A stretch of 64,000 nucleotides of DNA, taken from Peptostreptococcaceae bacterium (GTDB taxonomy: Bacteria > Bacillota > Clostridia > Peptostreptococcales > Peptostreptococcaceae). The DNA lies in contig JAVXJG010000002.1 of NCBI GenBank assembly GCA_036647935.1, positions 21,308-85,307 on the forward strand. Reading direction: 5' to 3'. The position numbers and the translations under genes are program-made. Each line of letters begins with the position of its first letter. Position 1 is the stretch's first letter. The notes beneath the pieces were generated by a model that searched no databases, was not told the origin of the DNA, and saw only the letters and a program-made list of their open reading frames with translations. This document shows, one piece after another, positions 58,397 through 64,000 of this stretch.

Positions 58397-58700
58397 ATTT
58401 AAGCATCTCCTTATTGATATTATTTTATGTTATTTTATTTTAATATAATAACATACCTAACACATATATTATAGACAAATATTTAATATACAATTAACAG
58501 AAAAACTAATTTATATGTATATATTAAAAAATATAATTGTTATATCTAGTAATAATTAAATTAAAACGAAAAAATGACAAAAAAATTTAGCATAAAAAGT
58601 GAAAAAAAGTAAGTACAAATTGGCGAAAAAATAATGATAAAAGGGAACTATTTTAAAATAAAATTAATGTAAAAAATAACCATTTATATTGTCGAAGTGG

Positions 58701-58729
58701 TTGAAACTATAAAAAAAATTAAATATAAT
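58701..58729 (+). promoter_or_regulatory. candidate sigma-A promoter of the second opp operon
   Basis: TTGAAA-17 nt-TATAAT, about 105 nt upstream of the ATG. Confidence 0.5.
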
Positions 58730-58835
58730 AAATATTGAGTTATAAAAAAAGAAAAAGTTTCTTTACAGGGATAGAGTTGGTATAACTCAAAAGGAATCTT
58801 TATTACAAGTAATTAAATGGAGAGGGGAAAAAAGA

Positions 58836-60512
58836 ATGAAGTTAAAAAAAATTACAGCAGTATTGATGGCATCTATGTTGGTATCCGTATCGGTTATGGG
58901 ATGTTCAAGCTCAAGTAGTACTGAACAATCAACAGAGAATGCAGGGGGACTTGATGCAGAGCAATATTATAATGGATATTTAAGCGCAGAGCCAACGACT
59001 CTAGATTCAGCTAAGGCATCAGATTCATATGCAGATGATGTAATTCAAAATGTTTTAGAGCCTTTAGCACGACTTGAAGAAGATGATCAGAAGAAAAATG
59101 TTATTAAACCCGCCGGAGCCGAATCTTGGGAGGTTAGTGAAGATGGAACAGTATGGACATTCAAAATAAGAGATAACAAGTGGAGTGATGGAGTAGCTGT
59201 TACAGCAAAAGATTACGAATATGGTATAACAAGAACGATTGACCCTAAAACAGGTTCACCAATGGCATATCTATTATCACCTATAAAAAATGCAAATGAA
59301 GTAAACTCAGAAAAATTACCGGTCGAAGAATTAGGAGTTAAGGCACTAGATGATAAAACTCTTGAAATAACACTTTCAGAACCAACACCATACTTCTTAA
59401 GTTTAACATATCAAAGAGTAATGTTCCCACAAAGAGAAGACGTAGTTACAGCACAAGGAGAAAAATATGGATCAGAAGCAGAAACTACAATTTATAATGG
59501 TCCTTTTGTAGTTAGTAAATGGGTTCACAATAATGAGGTAGTTATGACGAAAAATGATAATTACTGGGATAAAGATACAGTGAAACTAAATACAGTAAAC
59601 TATAAAATAATATCTGATGAAAATGCAATATTAAATTCATTTGAAAATGGATCTATAGATAGTGTTGGAGTTAGTAAGGTCGAATGGATAGAAAAATTCA
59701 AATCAAAAGAAAATGCAGACTATATATCTTATACAAATCCACAAGTAAACTTTAAATTCTTTAATACAAAAAATGAATTATTCCAAAATACAAATATAAG
59801 AAAAGCATTTGCATTAGGTGTAAATAGAGAAGAAATAGCAAATGTTATATTCAATGGAAGAAATGAAGCTGCATATGGATGGGTTCCTAAAAATGTATCA
59901 TCTGGAGATGTAGAATATAGAGAAGTGGTAGAAGAGCCATATCAAACACTTAAAAAAGAAAATCCAGATCCAAAGGTATTATTATTAAAAGGTATGGAAG
60001 AATTAGGACTAGGAACAGATCCTAGTAAACTTGATGTTACTATGACTTTTGGTGGAACTGACCAATGGTTTAGAACGTATGGGGAATACATACAACAATC
60101 ATATAAAAAGTCTTTAGGAATAGAGATAAAAATAGAATTCTTAGAGTGGCCAGTATTCATGTCTAATGTATCAAAAGGTGATTTCCAGATAGGATACATG
60201 GGATGGATGTCAGAGTTTAATGATCCTATGGCTATGCTAAGCTTACTTAAATCAGATTCAACAGCAATATTAAGTGGATGGAAAAATGATGAATATGATA
60301 AGTTAATAGATCAAGCTAGGGTTGAAATGGATGATGCTAAGAGAATAGAATTATATAAGCAAGCTGAGAAAATAGCATTATATGATGATGCAGTAGTTTG
60401 TCCAACTGTTTATGTAAAGAGTAATTTATTTAGATATAAATATATTAAAAATATGGCAGAAACACCATTCTCAACTCAAGGATTAAAATATGTTTATACA
60501 TCAGGAAGATAA
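58836..60512 (+). CDS. peptide ABC transporter substrate-binding lipoprotein (OppA-like, family 5)
   Basis: Lipobox VMGCSSS. SBP_bac_5 pattern (WTFKIRDNKWSDGVAVTAKDYEY). 558 aa. Confidence 0.88.
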   Translation: MKLKKITAVLMASMLVSVSVMGCSSSSSTEQSTENAGGLDAEQYYNGYLSAEPTTLDSAKASDSYADDVIQNVLEPLARLEEDDQKKNVIKPAGAESWEVSEDGTVWTFKIRDNKWSDGVAVTAKDYEYGITRTIDPKTGSPMAYLLSPIKNANEVNSEKLPVEELGVKALDDKTLEITLSEPTPYFLSLTYQRVMFPQREDVVTAQGEKYGSEAETTIYNGPFVVSKWVHNNEVVMTKNDNYWDKDTVKLNTVNYKIISDENAILNSFENGSIDSVGVSKVEWIEKFKSKENADYISYTNPQVNFKFFNTKNELFQNTNIRKAFALGVNREEIANVIFNGRNEAAYGWVPKNVSSGDVEYREVVEEPYQTLKKENPDPKVLLLKGMEELGLGTDPSKLDVTMTFGGTDQWFRTYGEYIQQSYKKSLGIEIKIEFLEWPVFMSNVSKGDFQIGYMGWMSEFNDPMAMLSLLKSDSTAILSGWKNDEYDKLIDQARVEMDDAKRIELYKQAEKIALYDDAVVCPTVYVKSNLFRYKYIKNMAETPFSTQGLKYVYTSGR

Positions 60513-60535
60513 TAGCTAAATAAGATAAAGTTAAA

Positions 60536-60579
60536 ATGCTTAGAATATGTAAGTTAAAACTTTTACTTATTCTAAGCAT
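60536..60579 (+). terminator. intra-operon hairpin after the substrate-binding gene (partial terminator/stabiliser)
   Basis: ATGCTTAGAAT-N22-ATTCTAAGCAT perfect 11-bp arms with a weak T tract. Confidence 0.45.
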
Positions 60580-60609
60580 AGTCTTTATCCTTTTAGAGGG
60601 GGGATTATA

Positions 60610-61539
60610 TTGCTAAGATATATTGTCAAGAGATTAGGTTATATGATTATAACGTTATTTATTATTATAACAGCGACATTCTTTATGATGCATAGCATAC
60701 CAGGAGATCCTTTAGCCCATATGGCTAAAAATTTACCAGAACAGACTAAACAAAATTATTATGAAAAGTATGGATTAGATAAGCCGTTAACAGAACAATA
60801 TACAATATTCATGAAAAATCTTATGAAGGGTGATTTAGGAGAATCTTTAAGATATCCAGGAAGAAGTGTATCTGAAACTATAAGTACAAACTCTAAAATA
60901 TCTGGAACTATAGGTGGAATAGCTTTATTTGCAGGGTTCTTTATCGGAATAGCAATGGGAGTTATTGCAGCACTAAATAGAAATAAATGGCCAGATTATT
61001 TGGTTATGTTTTTCGCAATTCTAGGAGTAACAATACCAGTATTTGTACTATCAGCAATATTACAGTATGTTTTTACTGTGAAAATACAGGCATTCCCAAC
61101 TACTGGATGGGGAAAACCAGGTCATATGGTTTTACCTATTATAGTTCTAAGTTTAGGTACTATAGCAACATATGCTCGTTATATGAAATCAAATGTGTTA
61201 GAAGTTATAAATCAAGACTACATATTAACAGCACAAGCTAAGGGTGTAAGTTCATTTAATGTTATTAGAAAACATGTTTTGAGGAATGCTATTTTACCAG
61301 CTATAACTATATTGGGACCTCGTATAGCCGGTATATTTACAGGGTCTTTCGTTGTTGAAAAGATATTTGGGATACCAGGTCTTGGATTTTATTATGTATC
61401 TTCAATAAATGATAGAGATTATGCTATGATACTTGGAACTACTATATTCTTTGCAGCATTGTTCGTAGTTGTTCAGTTAGTAGTAGATATACTTTACGGA
61501 TTTGTAGACCCAAGAATAAGAGTTTCAGCGGGGAAATAA
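60610..61539 (+). CDS. peptide ABC transporter permease (OppB-like)
   Basis: 309 aa. HSIPGDP N-terminal motif. TTG start with a GAGGGGGG RBS. Confidence 0.88.
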   Translation: MLRYIVKRLGYMIITLFIIITATFFMMHSIPGDPLAHMAKNLPEQTKQNYYEKYGLDKPLTEQYTIFMKNLMKGDLGESLRYPGRSVSETISTNSKISGTIGGIALFAGFFIGIAMGVIAALNRNKWPDYLVMFFAILGVTIPVFVLSAILQYVFTVKIQAFPTTGWGKPGHMVLPIIVLSLGTIATYARYMKSNVLEVINQDYILTAQAKGVSSFNVIRKHVLRNAILPAITILGPRIAGIFTGSFVVEKIFGIPGLGFYYVSSINDRDYAMILGTTIFFAALFVVVQLVVDILYGFVDPRIRVSAGK

Positions 61540-61551
61540 TGGGGGGATATT

Positions 61552-62472
61552 ATGGAGAGTATTGCTAAGGATAAGTTTGAAATTATCGGAGTTGACAATT
61601 CAGATTCTGAAAAAATAGCTAGACCTAGAATTAATTACTGGCAAGATGTCTGGAGAAGATTAAAAGAAAATAAAATAGCAACAATAGCTTTGTTTATATT
61701 AATAGCACTTTTTATAATGGTTGCAATAGGACCACATTTAAGTGGATATAGCTTTGAAGAAATAGATCCACTTAGTATAAATCAAGCTCCTAGTGCAAAA
61801 CATTGGTTTGGAACTGATGAACTAGGAAGGGATATATTTTCAAGAGTTTGGCAAGCAGGTAGAATATCTCTTATGATAGGTATAGCAGGTGCATTTATAG
61901 GAACTGTAGTAGGATGTATATATGGCGGAATATCAGCTTATTTTGGTGGTATTGTAGATGATATAATGATGAGAATAGTTGAAATTCTAAGTAGTATTCC
62001 ATATCTTATAGTTGTTATTTTAATATCTGTAATAACGGATAGTAAGAGTATAACAAGTCTTATGATTGCACTTACATTGACTGGTTGGTGTGGTATTGCA
62101 AGGCTTGTAAGGGGACAAATGTTACAGCTTAAGTCTCAAGAATTTGTAATGGCAGCAGAGGCACTGGGTGTTAATCCATGGAAAATAATAATAAAACATT
62201 TAATACCAAATACATTAGGTATAGTAATAGTTGCTGTAACTTTTGATATACCGGGATATATATTCTCAGAAGCATTTTTAAGTTATATAGGGTTAGGGGT
62301 TCAACCACCTAGTACAAGTTGGGGGGCATTAGCATCAGCAGCTCAACAAAACTTCGTGTTCTACCCATATCAATTAATTTTTCCATCGTTAATGATAGCA
62401 TTAACAATGCTTTCATTTACATTGCTTGGGGATGGACTTAGAGATGCTTTAGATCCGAAACTTAGAAAGTAG
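61552..62472 (+). CDS. peptide ABC transporter permease (OppC-like)
   Basis: 306 aa. HWFGTDELGRDIFSRVW motif. Confidence 0.88.
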   Translation: MESIAKDKFEIIGVDNSDSEKIARPRINYWQDVWRRLKENKIATIALFILIALFIMVAIGPHLSGYSFEEIDPLSINQAPSAKHWFGTDELGRDIFSRVWQAGRISLMIGIAGAFIGTVVGCIYGGISAYFGGIVDDIMMRIVEILSSIPYLIVVILISVITDSKSITSLMIALTLTGWCGIARLVRGQMLQLKSQEFVMAAEALGVNPWKIIIKHLIPNTLGIVIVAVTFDIPGYIFSEAFLSYIGLGVQPPSTSWGALASAAQQNFVFYPYQLIFPSLMIALTMLSFTLLGDGLRDALDPKLRK

Positions 62473-62483
62473 GTGGTGTAGTA

Positions 62484-63497
62484 ATGGAAAAAATATTAGA
62501 AGTTAAAGATTTAAACATATCATTTAATACTTATGCAGGAGAAATTAAGGCGGTAAGAGGAATAGATTTTGAGCTTAACAAAGGGGAAACATTAGCATTT
62601 GTTGGAGAATCGGGATGCGGAAAAACTGTTACTGCAAAATCTATACTAAGACTATTAAAACCTCCTTTTGCTGAAATAAAGTCAGGGTCTAAAATTATAT
62701 ATAATGGTATTGATGTTTTAGCTATGACGAAAAAGGAACTTGATGCATATCGAGGGGAAGAAGTAAGTATGATATTCCAAGATCCTATGACATCTCTTAA
62801 TCCGACGATGACTGTTGGTAATCAGATTATGGAAAGTTTGGAGATACATAGAAAACTTGATAAGCATAGTGCTAAGGTCGAGGCTTTAAATATATTAAAA
62901 CTTGTAAATATACCAGACCCAGACCAAAGAATAGACTGTTATCCTCATGAACTTTCGGGGGGGATGAGACAAAGGATAATGATAGCAATAGCTCTAGCAT
63001 GTGATCCTAATATATTAATAGCAGATGAACCTACAACAGCATTAGATGTTACAATACAGGCTCAAATAATTGATTTACTTAGAGATTTAAAGGATAAGCT
63101 AAATACAGCAATAGTACTTGTAACTCATGACCTAGGTGTTGTAGCTAATTTTGCAGATCGAATTCAAGTTATGTATGCAGGACAAGTTGTAGAAAGAGGA
63201 ACAACAAAGGAGATATTCTATAATAGCAAACATCCTTACACATGGGCATTACTAAAATCTGTTCCAAAGTTAGCCAAAGAAACTAAAAAAGAATTATATT
63301 CGCTAAAAGGAACGCCTCCAGATCTTATATTACCTTTAGAAGGATGTGCATTTGCTTCAAGATGTGAGTATTGTATGCAAATATGTAAAGAAGAGAAGCC
63401 AGAAGAAGCAGTCGTTACAGATACTCATAAACTTTCTTGTTGGTTGCAACATCCAGATGCACCAAAGGTAAATGGCTTTTATAATGAGGGGGTATAG
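62484..63497 (+). CDS. peptide ABC transporter ATP-binding protein (OppD-like)
   Basis: Walker A GESGCGKT, signature LSGGMRQR, Walker B LIADEPTTALD. The C-terminal Cys-rich oligopeptide domain reads CAFASRCEYCMQIC. Confidence 0.9.
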   Translation: MEKILEVKDLNISFNTYAGEIKAVRGIDFELNKGETLAFVGESGCGKTVTAKSILRLLKPPFAEIKSGSKIIYNGIDVLAMTKKELDAYRGEEVSMIFQDPMTSLNPTMTVGNQIMESLEIHRKLDKHSAKVEALNILKLVNIPDPDQRIDCYPHELSGGMRQRIMIAIALACDPNILIADEPTTALDVTIQAQIIDLLRDLKDKLNTAIVLVTHDLGVVANFADRIQVMYAGQVVERGTTKEIFYNSKHPYTWALLKSVPKLAKETKKELYSLKGTPPDLILPLEGCAFASRCEYCMQICKEEKPEEAVVTDTHKLSCWLQHPDAPKVNGFYNEGV

Positions 63498-63500
63498 CAT

Positions 63501-64000
63501 ATGACTGGAGAAAATATAATAGAAGTAGTAGATCTTTGTAAATATTTTAAGGTTGGAAGAGATACAACGCTAAAAGCAGTAGATAAAGTTAATTTTGCAA
63601 TCAAAAGAGGAGAAACTCTAGGATTAGTCGGTGAATCGGGATGTGGAAAAACAACATGTGGAAGGACTATACTTAAGTTGTATAACTCGACACATGGAAA
63701 AGTTTTATTTAATGGAGAAGACACAAGTAAGTTTAGCAAAAAGCAAATATTAAACTTCAAGAAAAATTGCCAAGTTATATTTCAAGATCCGTACGCATCA
63801 TTAGATCCAAGAATGACTATAGGAGAAATTATTGGTGAGGGGATTGACGTACATTTCAAACTAAGTGATGCTGAAAAATCTGAAAAAATAAATGAACTCT
63901 TAGAAAAAGTTGGACTAATCTCTGACTATGCTAATAGATTTGCTCATGAACTTTCGGGTGGACAAAGACAGCGTATTGGTATAGCAAGGGCTCTTGCAGT
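63501..64000 (+). CDS. peptide ABC transporter ATP-binding protein (OppF-like), 3' end outside the window
   Basis: ATG 63501 with a GAGGGGG RBS. Walker A GESGCGKTT and signature LSGGQRQR are present before the window ends. This ORF is not in the ORF track because there is no stop codon inside the window. Confidence 0.88.
   Translation, partial: MTGENIIEVVDLCKYFKVGRDTTLKAVDKVNFAIKRGETLGLVGESGCGKTTCGRTILKLYNSTHGKVLFNGEDTSKFSKKQILNFKKNCQVIFQDPYASLDPRMTIGEIIGEGIDVHFKLSDAEKSEKINELLEKVGLISDYANRFAHELSGGQRQRIGIARALA

Noticed and set aside
58449-58835. Possible CodY or CcpA (cre) boxes upstream of the second opp operon. The glgB upstream region (10900-11130) was checked for the same sites.
   Set aside because: The best AT-rich candidates have at least 5-6 mismatches to AATTTTCWGAAAATT, and no TGWAANCGNTNWCA-like cre site was found. 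At this AT content such matches carry no information without a scoring matrix.
1-64000. A search for CRISPR arrays, IS elements or transposases, integrases, prophage genes, tRNA or rRNA genes, and defence-system hallmarks (restriction-modification, Abi, TIR, STAND and similar).
   Set aside because: I recognised none. The only DNA repeats found are the 57-bp coding repeats (26.9-27.2 kb), the DUF1846-flanking 22-mer, and short dyads at terminators and operators.

Overview
This is a 64 kb chromosomal segment from a very AT-rich Firmicute. The gene content and order look clostridial or Peptostreptococcaceae-like, but that taxonomic call is inference only. About 55 genes are present and almost all are on the + strand, separated by clear rho-independent terminators.

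Content from left to right:
- the tail of a histidine kinase and a siroheme-type nitrite/sulfite reductase
- an Opp/Dpp-type peptide ABC operon in the order B-C-A-D-F
- a divergent macro-domain protein, an orphan ModA and an NfeD/SPFH pair
- a complete glycogen operon (glgB-C-D-A-P plus a GH13 enzyme)
- a solitary SSB paralog, a DAACS symporter, an ACT_7 protein and a YkvI-type membrane protein
- a small islet of uncharacterised genes at 25.0-29.5 kb: GtrA-like protein, a 61-aa membrane ORF, an acidic 289-aa orphan, a His-rich 4x19-aa repeat protein, and an ECF sigma with its anti-sigma
- RNase J
- a MacB/FtsX-type ABC pair with a giant coiled-coil permease, followed by a 64-aa Cys-rich double-TM mini-protein
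- a DUF1846/UPF0371 gene flanked by a direct repeat, then a frameshifted mini-ORF
- a Crp/Fnr regulator, a MATE exporter, a 4xS1 protein, a PHP phosphatase and a YgiQ radical-SAM protein
- a dedicated ECF transporter (S component, fused A1A2, T component)
- a PadR-DUF1700-DUF4097 module with a nested palindromic operator
- an NMT1/SsuA-type ABC system, aminopeptidase P, an alpha/beta hydrolase, a two-subunit class I fumarate hydratase and CvfB
- a second Opp operon (A-B-C-D-F) that runs off the right edge

I found no rRNA, tRNA, CRISPR array, IS element, integrase or prophage genes, and no recognisable riboswitch. Most of the window is ordinary core metabolism and transport.

I do not see a clear multi-gene novel system such as a defence island. 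The best leads for undescribed biology are:
- the 25-29.5 kb islet, especially the His-rich tandem-repeat protein transcribed divergently from the ECF sigma/anti-sigma pair
- the Cys-rich mini-protein behind the giant FtsX permease
- the repeat-flanked DUF1846 locus
- an apparent non-canonical (AUU) start for glgB
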